64,000 bases of DNA, taken from NCBI RefSeq assembly GCF_025526975.1, contig NW_026515691.1, positions 372,001-436,000 on the forward strand. Reading direction: 5' to 3'. Both the position numbers and the translations under genes were made by a program. Source of the DNA: Fimicolochytrium jonesii. Lineage: Eukaryota. A model generated the notes under the pieces. It saw nothing but the letters and a program-made list of their open reading frames with translations, was not told the DNA's origin and made no database searches. How positions within the stretch are numbered: the first letter of the stretch is position 1; each line of letters begins with the position of its first letter. Shown piece by piece: positions 13,201-25,338 of the stretch.

Positions 13201-14025
13201 TGCATGCCCCGACATCTTCTTCACATCCGGGTCAGCCGAGTCCAGCAGATGGACTAGGGCTTTGATCCCGCCTGCGTTGCGGATGGCGGTTTTGTTTGCG
13301 ACTAACCAACCATGCGTGTTAGCGGTGTGAAAATGAGCATTGGAATTATGAGCTTACAGTCTTTGGCGAGGTTAGCGAGTCCGAACGCGGCCTCGTCTTG
13401 CACTTCGGGCGGCTGGTCGTGCGAGAGCAGCGAGATGAGCGTTGTCATAAGGTCTTTGCGGCGGAGTTCGGGGTGGAAATCTGATGCTATGGATTGCATA
13501 GTAGCGAACGGGATGGAGATGTCACAGTCAGTGAGCAGCCCTACATGAAATGTGCATGTCCCCCGTCCGCCCAAAAACATTTCCCCCCCCATCGCTGTCA
13601 ATAACAATCACATCACATCGCATCACTCACTCACTCAACTCGGTAGTCGCAGCTACGCAGGCAATAGCCGATTTCTTAATCGCCGTATCCGACGACCGCA
13701 CCAGCGTCAACAACGGGTCGATGATGCCCAAGCCCAGGAGCTGTACCCGGTGTTTTGTTGCTATCAAAGCACCCATTGTCGTAAGTAGACAGCTTCACGA
13801 AGCGTTAATTCTCGCGCCGGCAACCTACCACCCTCAGCATACTTTGTCAACGCATCCAGTGCTGCCACGCAGACCGGCTGCTCCGGGGAGGTGAGCAGAA
13901 TTTTGAGCGTGCGGACGTCTGCGACGCCAAAGGTGGAGGTGTCGCACTGGAATGCATGCCCTTAGTCGGAGTCGGGTCGAAGAGAGCGGTGAAGTTTGGG
14001 TATTACCTACCATGTGCTCTGGCAT
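10285..14025 (-). CDS. ARMC3: Armadillo repeat protein 3 (ARM repeats + C-terminal EDR1-like domain), multi-exon
   Basis: N-terminal TLKILLTSPEQPVCVAALDALTKYA, many ARM-repeat exons, and C-terminal GTFYHRALLFKYVCDKVGL..LVRGDYGRAWNVV..IVDLMFVPGRLM, typical of ARMC3. Start at about 14025 is inferred. Confidence 0.85.
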
Positions 14026-14342
14026 CGTTGACGCTTTCTTCGAACTTAGTGTCTGAGCGCTTCAATGCGAGTAATACAGTACGAGAAACATGCAATGCTT
14101 TTGGCGAGAGACGCTCTCCGTAATCCGTAAGTTGATACTGTCATTACGCAAGAGCCAGTCGCGCTGTCACATTTTTGCACACAAGACACCATCGAAACCT
14201 AGCTCTCCATCCATAAGAGGAAGAAACGTTAGGAACATCCTCAGATTCACTGCCCTTCCACACCTCAACATCTGCGAACTACATATACAGACTGTCCTCC
14301 AAAAATGGATCTCTGCCCATCTAGATCTACAGTACAAGTCCG

Positions 14343-15530
14343 ATGCACGAACGCTTACCGCCGGAGCTCCTATTCCGGATCCCATATCTCGTAGCCCTCC
14401 TGTCCCTTCCACACATTCTCAGCTACCTCCTGACCTGGAAGATATGGAGCCAACGCTGTCCACCACCAAAGATTGTTTTCTCTTCAAGTACGACTTCTTG
14501 GACACCCAAGAACTTGCTTATGGACGGATATACAACACAGGTGTACCCCGGGACCGATATGGAGCAAGCTGGATTCTGCCTTCTTGACGTCGGAGTTTGG
14601 ATTCCTTTCCGCATACCAAGCGAGTCTTTGTGAAGAAGCGGGTGGTTCCCATTTCGGTTCAGTCACTTGTACCCAAGGTCGACAGACCGTGGAGGGAACT
14701 TGGCGAAGACCTGGAATTCTGCAGAAGAGAACACTACGACTGCTATTGCATCATGACCACCGCTATGAGACTACTACAAGTATGTATAGCAACCCTTGTT
14801 TGTCCATCTTTATCTGTATTCTCCCGTTTTTCTTCAGCTTTTTAATCTCTTCCTCCCTGTTTCATACGTCCAAACACATATTTACAACTTCCTGGACCTG
14901 CAGTATCCAGGCGCCCCGCCCACACACATCTCAGCGTTCAGCCCTGCACCGAGGCAGATATTGAGCGGCCCTGCACCGAGGCATATATCGGGCACGCTGA
15001 CGTGGGATGGAGTGCTTGCGGCTGATGCTCTACGATTCCGGCTTTCCGTATGCATCTAAAATGATGCGCCCTTTTCTTAATTTCCTCCATCCCAGAAGCG
15101 GAGGAAGGAGGGGCAGAACCCCCTTAAGGAAGACGCGGCGCTTCTCAAGTGGCTTCTTGCGGTGCTGCGGGTCTCGAAACACCTTTCGGAAGTACCATCA
15201 CCTTCGCCGACTTCCCGGGGCAAAGCAGACCGGTGTGTCCTCGCTGGTCCGAAACATTCGTGACATCCTCTGTCCGTGCCCTGTCGGACGCGCTGAATCA
15301 GCCGAGCAGAGGCGGCTGCGATTGCGGAAAGTCTCAAGGATCCATAACGCCCGACAGAACGGGGATGTTTGGGAGATGATTCACGTCGGGGTGGGACGTG
15401 GGGAAACGTGCGGGATGGCGGGGCCACGCGCTGCCGGTTCACGTTGTGAAGAAGGAGTGAGCCTGGTCGCAACTTGCTGGGATGGCTCGTACATGAGTGA
15501 GATTGGAAAGTCCTCATTCAAGGGTTGAAG
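14343..15530 (+). pseudogene. Possible degenerate F-box gene
   Basis: MHERLPPELLFRI...TWKIW resembles an F-box motif. Downstream frames are short and broken, with one intron-like segment near 14780-14838. Confidence 0.3.
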
Positions 15531-16340
15531 AGTGCCCTTTTAGCTGGTGTGCATCCACCTCATTCCCGGGTATCGAAAACGACTCACTGTCTTGCGAAGA
15601 TCGCCCGGCGAACTGTAACGGTGCAGTATAGACTGTACTGCGTCTAGCCAGTGCTTTCCTCTCCATATACAGTACATAGCGGTTGCTTCTTTGGCATCAT
15701 GCATGCTGAGTAAATGACAGAAAATCGACAGCGCGGGCCACCCTCCTTTTCTTAGTCTGCAGGGCACCTCACCCGAAGGATCCATCCGTAGAATAGATGC
15801 CATCAGTGCCTTCTCAAGAACCCTCCCGGTCAATTGGCATCTGCAGCGCTCACACTGACATGTACCCCTGCCATGCGTCCATGTACGCCTTCGTGTGGAT
15901 CAGAGGTGGGCCAGCAAAAACGAACGGCGCTCGTGGATTCCAGTCCACTTCCCACTCCAAATCGGTTCTTTCTCCGTTATTTCCGACTATCGTAAAAGAG
16001 TTTGGGGAGATATGAGGGGCAGGCGGCCAGCGGTCATGTGGATAAAGGGCTTCGAGTACTCGCTCGTGTCTTCATGGCAGCGTTCGATTGAAAGCGTTGG
16101 GTTTCGAAAGCGGCTCTCTTGAAATATCCGGCATCGGAGCTGCGATTCCTCAATCATAGGCTCCGAATACGAGAAGGAGTATGATAGTATGATATTACGA
16201 TACAGATTACGATATTACGCAAGAAGTATGATATTACGCCATATGCAAGCTACAGACGCATATTATGAAAAGAAAGATGAACGCCGTTGTGAATGTAAGG
16301 TTTGAAGATTGTGTTTTGCAGGAGGCGTCGCGCCGCCCCC

Positions 16341-17422
16341 TTACAAAGCCTTAGCCTCCCTCTCCTTCTTCCTCAACGCCCGCTTCCTCAATCCCAAATG
16401 CATATCCCCGCTCTTCTCAATAGCAATCGACTCCGGGACCAGGTTCTCCAAGGCCCAGGTAAGGATGGCATGAGGCGGGTACGACGCGCTATCCGCCGAG
16501 TTCCCCGCCCCACTAAGGACCGAGTGAACGTAAGTGGCGGGTGTCGGGGCAAGCAGGGACGCCTTCCGGATCTTGCTCATCGCAGTCGACACAAAGTAGG
16601 TTTTAATGTGCTCGACATGGACGTTGTGCTGGCGGCATTCGACGGCGAGGGCGCGGGACCAGGTGCGGAGGAAGGCTTTGGCGCCGGAGTAAGTGGCGAG
16701 GTAGGGAGAGGGGATCAGGCCGGCGACGGAGCCGACGTTGAGGATCAGGCCGCCGTTTTTGCGGTTGGTTTGGGAGCGGCTGGTTAGGTGCGGGAGGAGC
16801 ATGCGGGTGAGGCGGACTTGGGCGGCAACGTCGACTTCGACGATGGAGGCGAGGAGGGACTCGGATTCGAGGGCGAAGGGGGTGGGGAATTCGTGGTTTA
16901 CCGCTACGTTGTTCTGTAAGAGGGATTAGAAAGTGTCAGGCTAAAATCGAGTAAGTGACACAAAAAAAGCAAGTGAATAGGCATACATACCACAAGGACA
17001 CCGACATCCAACGGAGCCAAAGTGCCGCTCAAGCCCTCATACTCCTTCTCAGTGGCCTTCGCAAAGTCAAACGGCACAACCTTGCACTCGACCGCATACT
17101 TCTCTACCACCGTCTTCTTAACCGTCTCCAATTTGCTCTCCGTGCGAGCCAAGATAACCAGATTGAACCCTGCTTTCGCAAGCTGAACTGCAAACTCCTT
17201 GCCAATTCCGTCGGAAGCGCCCGTGACGACGGCCCATGCCCCCTTTTTGGCGCCGTACTTTGACAGATCGGCCCGCGGGCGGAGGGTGATGGTGTAGAGG
17301 AGGTGGAGGAAGGAGAAGAGGAGACGGCCGAGGAGAAGCGTGCCGGCGAGGCAGGCGAGGGTGATGAGGTTGAGCTCGCCGACCTCGAGGCTGAGGACGG
17401 TTTTCGCGAGAAGGTTGGTCAT
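16341..17422 (-). CDS. IFA38: Very-long-chain 3-ketoacyl-CoA reductase (SDR; Ifa38/HSD17B12 family)
   Basis: N-terminal TM segment, WAVVTGASDGIGKEFAVQLAKAGFN, catalytic YSGAK, and C-terminal LRKRALRKKERE. One coding intron near 16916-16991. Confidence 0.92.
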
Positions 17423-17511
17423 TGTCGTTACCGTCTGCTCCGGGGATGGTAGCTGTCAAAGATTGGGAACGTCAAAAAGGGTGAGCGAAAAGTCACTCCA
17501 AACCGAAGGAC

Positions 17512-17538
17512 GACAGACAGACAGACAGACAGACAGAC
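17512..17538. repeat. (GACA)n microsatellite inside a probable 5'UTR intron of the ketoacyl reductase gene
   Basis: gacagacagacag... read directly. On the minus strand it follows a GTATGT donor (about 17542), with an acceptor near 17453. Confidence 0.75.
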
Positions 17539-17852
17539 ATACCTGTGCGAGTGTGAGGGGCGAGTGAGAGACAACCGAGACGCAAGCCCCCTTTTCAAGC
17601 CTCTGTGAGCGACGACGGAACTTGCGAAGGAAGAAGGGGTTGCCAGTGGCCGCAGTCGTTGTCGCTGTCGTCGTCGCACGGGAAGTCTCCAAATCCCCTT
17701 TGATCCGTTCGGAGTCTCCGGAGACGCGATGCTCGAAGTGTGAAGTCGCCAGCGTCACACTCCCGTTCTTCCCGTCTCTCGACTCTCACCCAACGCATAC
17801 CCAGATACTCATCTCGTTCTGATACTACTCATCCTCCTCCAGCTTCCCGGAA

Positions 17853-19154
17853 ATGTCCACTCCGCCCTCCACCCCAATCCCAATCGCCCTCCTTGGCGCC
17901 GGCATTTTTGCCCGCCAATCCCACCTCCCCACCCTCCTCCGCCGCCCCGACCTCTTCCGCCTCGTTGCAATCTACAGCCGCTCCCACTCCTCCGCCCAAA
18001 CCCTCCACGCCGCCGTCCCCTCGTCTTACCCACACCCTACCCCGGCCCTCTACTGCGATACGACCTCCGACGATGACGATAATGCGAGTGTGAAATCATC
18101 CGGCGATCTAACAGCCCTCCTCAACCGCACAGATATCACAGCAGTCGCAATCTGCCTCCCCGTCCGCGTCCAGCTCGACGTGGCCCTGCAAGCTCTGAAG
18201 AGCGGGAAAAGCGTGTTGAGCGAGAAACCCATCGCCCCCACCTCCGATTCCGCCCGTGGCGCCATCCTCCAATACGAGGCCCACAAATCAACCGTATCTC
18301 GACCCCCAGTCTGGCAAATCGCAGAAAACTGGCGCTGCGAATCCGCCATCGCCCACGCCGCGGATCTCATCGCGACGCAGGGCGCGGGAAAAGTGCGCAC
18401 GTTCGCGTTGCAGGTGTTTGTGGAAACGAGGGAGGACAATCAGTATGTGCGGACGGGGTGGCGGACCGGTAACGAGACGGCGGTGCTGCCGGGCGGATTC
18501 ATCCTCGACGGCGGCGTACACTGGATCGCGCTGCTGAGGGGTGTACTCGCGGGCGGGGATGTCGGGGGTGTGCCCATCCACACCGCTGATGCTACAACAC
18601 CGAAATGGGAAATCGACCGTGTGGCCGCATTCGGGGGCCTCTGGCTCGATTATTGCGCGCCCACCGATTTCGTCGCCGCTACCGTCCAACTACGTCCCAC
18701 CACTGCGACGAACCCACCCACAACGCGCCCCACGGGAACAATCAACATCTCCTTCGCATCCGCCGGCAAACCCTTCCACCTCTCCCTCACCGTCATCTGC
18801 GAAACAGGCCTCCTTGAATTCACAGTCGAGCAGGTGTCGACTCCGGACAACACCGGAGCCAAACCGCGAAGGGGGTTCAGGGTTGTGTGGACGCCCTCCT
18901 CCACTTCGTCTTCATCAGCAGACACGACAACGACAACAAAGACGTTTGTAGCCGACGGCCTCGACAGAGAATTCGAGGTCTTTGCATCGGCCCTCAACAA
19001 CAACACAGCGAAGAGCACCGCTCCAGGCTTGCCCGACCTATCCCCCACCCAAGCCCTCCAGGACGTGCAGATCATCGAGGCGATGTTGAGGAGTGCGAAG
19101 GAGGAGGGGAGGGTCGTACAGGTCGACGGAGGAAGTAAGCCGGTGGATAGATAG
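17853..19154 (+). CDS. Gfo/Idh/MocA family NAD(P)-binding oxidoreductase, intronless
   Basis: IALLGAGIFARQSHLP Rossmann motif, GKSVLSEKPIA, IAENWR, and GGFILDGGVHWIALLR. Confidence 0.9.
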   Translation: MSTPPSTPIPIALLGAGIFARQSHLPTLLRRPDLFRLVAIYSRSHSSAQTLHAAVPSSYPHPTPALYCDTTSDDDDNASVKSSGDLTALLNRTDITAVAICLPVRVQLDVALQALKSGKSVLSEKPIAPTSDSARGAILQYEAHKSTVSRPPVWQIAENWRCESAIAHAADLIATQGAGKVRTFALQVFVETREDNQYVRTGWRTGNETAVLPGGFILDGGVHWIALLRGVLAGGDVGGVPIHTADATTPKWEIDRVAAFGGLWLDYCAPTDFVAATVQLRPTTATNPPTTRPTGTINISFASAGKPFHLSLTVICETGLLEFTVEQVSTPDNTGAKPRRGFRVVWTPSSTSSSSADTTTTTKTFVADGLDREFEVFASALNNNTAKSTAPGLPDLSPTQALQDVQIIEAMLRSAKEEGRVVQVDGGSKPVDR

Positions 19155-19481
19155 CTTTTATTGTTTTGTGGGATGTATCGTAGGTGTACGGCGTGTACGG
19201 CGGGTATGTAGATGGTGGTGATTGTGGGGATTGGGAGGACGTACAGGTTTGTGATACTGTTTTTGGGCATTGTTATGGTTGTTTCAAGATAGGCACCCTC
19301 AAATGTATAAAAAAGAGTGTTGTTTCGAAGGCACGTTACACCTCATCGTTCTCTCGCCCATGGGCATTTCCCCCTCGTGCCCCTGACTGTCATTGGGACA
19401 ACCGCACATACCCCACCTGAAAGCATTCCTTTCTAGAATCTATTTATATGTACAAGCACCAACGAATCCCCCCTCCTCCCA

Positions 19482-21257
19482 TTAGCTCGTCTCTCCATCT
19501 CGTACTGTTTTTCCTTTCCTCCAAGGGACACACCCCTCCAACCTCCCGACCGTCCGCGCTGTCATCGCCGTCGGGACGTGGATCCGTTGCAGACCGGGGA
19601 CGCGCATGATGCTTAGGCCTGCTATGCCCATGTTTGCGTGCATCAGGTCTAGATCACATCACAGGAAGAGATGTTAGTTTGTTCGTACGGGGACGAGGAA
19701 GTGGGGATGATGAGGGTCGAGGAGGACGTACCGGGATAACTCTCAACAGCTTTCCCAAACCCACCATACTTGCTCCGTGTCGAGTCCAGGAACGTGTGCA
19801 GTGCTTCCGTGTCGATCAGATCATACGCGCCCAGAATCTACACCCGTCCAAAGATTAGTTACCACCCCCCCCCCCCCCCCCCCCCCCCAAAAAAAACCTC
19901 CCCTCTTGGTGATACAACGCATACCTCCAATGACCCCCCAACCCAAAACGCATAACACGTATCCGCATCCTTCCCCGGGCGCCCATTGAACCCCCCCTCC
20001 TCCTGTTGTCGGAGGACGAGCCAGTGGGTTAAGGCTACGCGGTTCGGGAGACGGTCCAGGGAGGAGAGGAGGGAGAGGGATGCGAGGGCGCAGTAGGTAC
20101 TACCGCCTTCAAAAGAAAACAGTCAATATCATCATCAACATCCAATCGAAAACGGAATGAGCAACTAACAAGGATACGATACGAACCATGCGCTTCCAAC
20201 CCGGGCCCTTGGCCGAACGCCCCATCGTGTCCCTGGGAGGCGAGGATGTATGATATAGCTTTCTCTTTGTCAACCCCTCGCCAGTCGTTGAGGAGGAAGG
20301 AGATGACGCAGGCGCAGAAGAGGAACCGCATATCGGATTCAATTGGGTCGGAGTCGTGGGTTGGTTTGAAACTGGGGGATCAGATCATGTGGTTAGTATG
20401 ATCAACATTTTGGAGGTGGAAATGGGAGTTGGCTTTTTGTTTTAACACACCTGCCGCTATCAACTTGTAACAACGCCAGCGCCCCGACGATACCATTCAC
20501 ATCCACCCTCCCCAAATCATCGCCCAATATCAACAAACAAGCAAGCGCGGTGTAGGTCATTGTGATATGCGCTGCACCATGAGCATGTATCGAGCTGTTC
20601 GTCTACGCCAACCATCAGCAGTGTTCGTGATGAGTGGTCTGATGTAGGACGTTGCGGGTAGGGCATAACAGACCCACCGTTTTTGATGTTGTCAACTCAC
20701 CCCAAACGATGCCCCTGCGATGGGCGACCCGCGGAAGCCGCAGCGTGCCAACGTGCCTAACAAACACCCCAGTGTCCCTCAGCCTCCTTCCCTCATCATC
20801 CATGGCCCTTCCCTCAACGTGCATCTCATACCTCCCCCATCATCACAAATCTGCTGCGCGTAAATCCACTCCACCCATCCCTGCTTCACCCCTCCATCCA
20901 AATTCCCTATCTCGGACATGAGATCCAGCGCGGAGAGGGCGAAGAATGCGAACGTCATTCTGAAAAACATAACATGAATTTGGGTTCTGAGAGCGAAGAG
21001 GGGGATGGGATTATTTGAGGTACCTGCTGATATCGACAGAGGTGTAGTGGGCGGGCATGAGGGTGAGATGGTTTTTGAAGTAGGCGAGATCTTTTAAGCG
21101 GTGGTGGGGTGGGTATTCTGCAAATTTGGACGTGGGAGAATGAGTAAGATCGTCGACCTCTGCGAGGGAGCAGCAGTGAGGGTTCAAGCGACTTACCGTG
21201 CGGTGGGGCGCTGGATGCCGCTGGTGCGGCCTCGGTTTCGGTTTCGGTGGGCGGCAT
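19482..21257 (-). CDS. CDC43: Geranylgeranyltransferase type I beta subunit (multi-exon)
   Basis: FFALSALDL, HITMTYTALACLLILGDDL, ESDMRFLFCACVIS, GAFGQGPGLEAHG|GSTYCALASL, FNGRPGKDADTCYAFWVG. Confidence 0.9.
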
Positions 21258-21772
21258 TGTGAGGGTAGGGTGAGGTTAGTTTACTTTGCCAAGATGAGTT
21301 GCAAGAAAGCCAGCAAGAAAGCAGGTCCAGAAAACTCAGACGCGTTCGGGCCGCCGCTGCACCAGCACAAGCAAAAGACCAGACAATAATGTTGCTACTC
21401 CAGAAGTCTTTCATTCCCGAATAAGCATACACATATGGACTCATCCCTAGCTAATCCCAATCTAAATACATCCGAAATGAAACCGTAAACAAAGGGAGCG
21501 AAATGCATGATATGGGTGGGTAATCTCCCGTCAGATAGATAAACAAGGCAAATGCAGAGTGATGACACGAGGGCGGGGGTATGTTGGGCACGGATGTCGG
21601 GTAGTGTTTGCGCCAGAAATGAGGACAGCACGGAAGATTCGATGCACTGCTGTGTTTCCGCGTTGGTGTGGGTTTTCCAAAAAAAAATGATCCGTATGGG
21701 GAGTGGTGTGAGTCTGGGATCGAAATTGCTCGGCGGTTCAAACACGGCGAAAGGGGTGCTAGTCGACTTTCT

Positions 21773-22381
21773 CTACAGCCCCACAGAGCCCTTCCTCAAC
21801 CCCTCTATCGACGCCTCAATGCCCTCCTTCAACCCAGCCTCAATCTCCTTCGCCTCCTCCACAACCATGTCAACAACGGTCTCGAGTCCCAGCCGGCCTT
21901 TCCAGGCATTCGCCTTGAACGACGACACGGCCGCCTCCTCGACCAGTTTCGCAACGTAGCTGAGAGCGCCCATGGCTGAGACGGCCGCGCGCTGGCGGAA
22001 GACGGTGCCGCCCTCCGGCGAATCCGGGTGGTCGGTGGCGGTGAACTCGCACGTCTCCTCCACGTCGACGATGCTGCGGGCGGTTAGGTTGTTGGATATC
22101 GCGGTGTACCGCTCCCGCCGCACGTCCAGGAAGGAGACTTCGCGGAAGTAGGTTACTTCGGGGATGATGGGGCAGAGTCGCCGCAGGAGTGCTGGTGCGG
22201 ATTGCTTGACTGAGACGAGACGTTCTGATCGCAGGACGCCGGTTTTTGGGTCGATGTCTCGTGATATCGTGTCGACTGAGAGGACATGATGGGAGTATTC
22301 GTTGGGGTATTTGCGCCAGTTGGCTGATGTTAATGTCGCGAACGGATGCGAGAAGAGATACTGGTTTTCGGCGAACTTCAT
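21773..22381 (-). CDS. PRELI/MSF1 (Ups) mitochondrial lipid transfer protein, intronless
   Basis: MKFAENQYLFSHPFATLTSANWRKYPNEYSHHVLSVDTISRDID...FKANAWKGRLGLETV. Confidence 0.9.
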   Translation of the reverse strand: MKFAENQYLFSHPFATLTSANWRKYPNEYSHHVLSVDTISRDIDPKTGVLRSERLVSVKQSAPALLRRLCPIIPEVTYFREVSFLDVRRERYTAISNNLTARSIVDVEETCEFTATDHPDSPEGGTVFRQRAAVSAMGALSYVAKLVEEAAVSSFKANAWKGRLGLETVVDMVVEEAKEIEAGLKEGIEASIEGLRKGSVGL

Positions 22382-23470
22382 AGTGGTGGTTTGAATATAT
22401 TGCGGAGTGAAGTTCGGTTTCTGGGAACTCGTAGGGACGATTGCTGGTTTTGTTCGAGATGACTGGCGTTAGGAAAGACAGCGATATCTCGAAATGACCT
22501 CGCGGTGGCTGTAACCTGTCGCAACGGAACGAAGAAATGACGCGACGGACTGTTGGGGCTGCTGCAATTCGCACCGGGCCTTCGCGTTCCAAGCGTCTCT
22601 AGTACCGTAAGAGATACCCGAAAAGTATGTATTCGGGTTCAGAAAGGGTATGCGGTGCTGGGTTTCCTGACGAGGTGGCAGCAAATTACTCCGAGTCGGA
22701 AGTTCTTCACGGTGGAACCGAGACTGTAAGTCAACTTGCGAAGGCGAGATTTTGTTGAAGCGTATGGGCTGGCTGACTTCCGAAAGGATGGCAGGGGGTG
22801 GCAATAAGAGGAGCAGGATATGCCGCTGCGGAGTGCGTTTAGGGAACTGAAGGACGTTTGCTGGGTATGTCCGCTGTGGGTAGTGGATGTGCGGTTGTTG
22901 CTATGGGATTGGCCTGGTTCTTTTTGAACCTTTTTTTCTCGTTTCTGGCGCGCGCTTCTCCGGCAGAGACGAGAAGGCGAGTCCTCACCGCCACAACGCG
23001 CCCCATCTCCCATGCGGGAAAGACCGGGAGCCTCGTCTCCTCCCTCCGATCCATCCCGCATGCTATGACTCACATGCTTACGTGAGGCACTCCCAAGCAT
23101 TCGGCCTCTCGGGGATGTGTTGAATGAGGTGGAGCTAGGTGGAGAGAAGTCCGAAAGCGCGAGTCACCTGAACGCGTGTCCGAACGTCTTGATTGACGCG
23201 GCCAGATGAATGATCCCCTCTGCTTCTTTCGTCTCTCGCACTTTCGAGCCCCGTAACAAAAGCCACAGCAACGAGCGCTCGCTCAACGTCGCTTGGCCCC
23301 CTACGACCCGGACCCAGCTCACTCCCGAAAGTCCGCCAAAACGACCTCGCAACTGCCTGCCCCCAGTCCGAGTTCACTATCAGCCATCCTACTCACCATC
23401 CTACATCACCCACCTGCCTCGACTGACACCCGCAAAATCCCCGTCCAAAACTACAAATTCAATCCCAGCG

Positions 23471-24935
23471 ATGTCCAGTCTCTACCCACCCCCGGCACCC
23501 ACGCCCTCCCACTCCACATCCACAACCCTGCTCACAAAGTCCCTCGCCCGGCTCTCCCTCGCGCCTTCGGCGTTGCACCACATGGCCAAATCCAAGTCCT
23601 CCACCGCCTCATCATCATTAGCGCAACATTCAGTGGTAGCCGCCGCCGCCGGGCCCATCGGGAGTAATGAGGAGGCAGGAGGGAATGGAGATACGGAAGC
23701 GCGGATTGCGGAACTGGCGGCGCGGTGTACAGCGTTTGTGGGAAAGGTGGATGCGTGGGTGGGCGAGAAGAGGAGGGCGGTGGGGGAGGTTAGGAGGGGG
23801 TTTGGGGAGAGGTGTCAGGGGATGAAAGGTGCGTTTTTGTGGATTTGGGGGATGGGTTGTTTTGGGGAGAAAGAGGGACCATTGGGAAATAGGGTGGCGG
23901 GTGCTGATTATTGTTTTCTGTTTGGTATGGATGTGTAGAATCGGAGGAAGAGCTAAGACGGCAGATCGAGCTACTCAAAAGCAAGCAGACTGAATTACAA
24001 CGAGGTAAGGTTCCGAAAAGAAAATCTCCTATCCCCAATCCTCTTTCTCCATTCCGCGCCTGCCGCTAACACACACCTCCATGACTTTTTCAGCCCAAGA
24101 ACGCGAACGTCAAGAAACACTCGAGATCCAAACCGAGCTCGCCAACCTCCAGCAGCGCCGGGATGAGCGCGACCATGTGCGTGAAGACCTGCTTGAGCGG
24201 ATTCGCGACCGGAGGGATGAGATTCGGCGGCGGAAGGAAGGTAAAGAAACAAAGGGAATTCGAAAAGCCTTTCTTCGTTGAGCGAGAATATTGATGTGCC
24301 GCTTTTTTGTCCCCACTGATAGAATTGAACAGAACCCGCCTCGCCCGCGAACAGCAACAAAGCAAGAGCCGCCCGGAACTGGAGTGTTTTGAGGATAAGC
24401 TCGCGATGGAGGTGCGGAGTATCGAGAGTATGTATTCCATTTCATCCCTTTTCTGAAGTTGCGATGATCCCGGCCGCCCGCCTCTGTCCGTCCACTCACC
24501 CCACAATGTGTTTTTCCTACGATCAGACGACGTCCTTGAATTCATCTTCACGCACATCAACCCGAATGACTGGGACCAGGAATTCACCTTCACGCTTGAC
24601 CTGCATCGCGGGCGGTACCAGGGTAAGCGCTCTTATCCCCTCTCGAAAACCATCTTCCCCCTCACATATCCCCCTTTCGCTCACCCCCTCTCCTCAAACC
24701 CCCCGCAGTCATATCATGCAACCCGCCCCTCCCCGCACCAACGACACCGTCAACGAATACAGCATCAGCGGGACAACAGCTGACGACAGCGCCACAGCCG
24801 ACGTCGATGGCGGATTTGGTCCAGTTCCTGACGCAGACGGGCGACTTTCATGCGTTTTTGAAGCTGGTTAGACGGGCTTTCAAGGCGAGTTTGGGCGATG
24901 TGGGGAGTGGGGGTGGGCTGGGGAGTGGGAAGTAG
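23471..24935 (+). CDS. SPC25: Kinetochore Ndc80-complex subunit Spc25 (multi-exon)
   Basis: Coiled-coil exons followed by an RWD-like region: FEDKLAMEVRSI..LEFIFTHINPNDWDQEFTFTLDL..YQVISCNPPL..DFHAFLKLVRRAFK. Confidence 0.87.
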
Positions 24936-25338
24936 GGACGGTGAGAGAGCGAGGGAACTTGACATCGTGGTTGTGTGTGTATATGCACGAACCGGGTCCC
25001 ATGTGTGGTGGTTTGGGGTTTTAGAAGGATGGTTGGGACCCGCAGCGGTGATGGACTCGTCTGCGTGATGGACTGGACTACATGCATGCGGCCAGTGTGA
25101 TGTGTACTTTTGCCTTGTATACGTCTACTGCACATACACATGTCAGGGGGGCCTGTAAATTGTAATAGACGGCCCGTGTGTAAGAACAACAGCACTGCCT
25201 AAACTCTCCATCTCACTGATTTTCTGATACATGGCATCACTCCCTCCTCTTCCATACGCCGCAAGATCCTAAACAACCCCTTCCAAAAAAAAAAACCAAC
25301 TAATTCCCTACGTCTCGCCCCACAATCACCCCCTCCGC

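Noticed and set aside
16178..16240. CRISPR-like array
   Set aside because: The repeat is only 9 bp with about 10-bp spacers, the context is eukaryotic, and there are no cas genes.
17853..19154. Intronless Gfo/Idh/MocA gene as a second HGT candidate
   Set aside because: The family is widespread in fungi, and native genes here (ESA1, PRELI, the peroxin) are also intronless.
19865..19897. Long poly-C/poly-A run (similar poly-C near 26617, poly-G near 53246)
   Set aside because: Intronic homopolymers with no evidence of function, and their lengths may be sequencing-dependent.
22770..22800. TCC-GAAA-GGA hairpin resembling SRP helix 8, and a nearby GGTGGCAA PACE-like site
   Set aside because: The SRP internal-loop consensus is absent, and the PACE-like site is not upstream of the proteasome gene.
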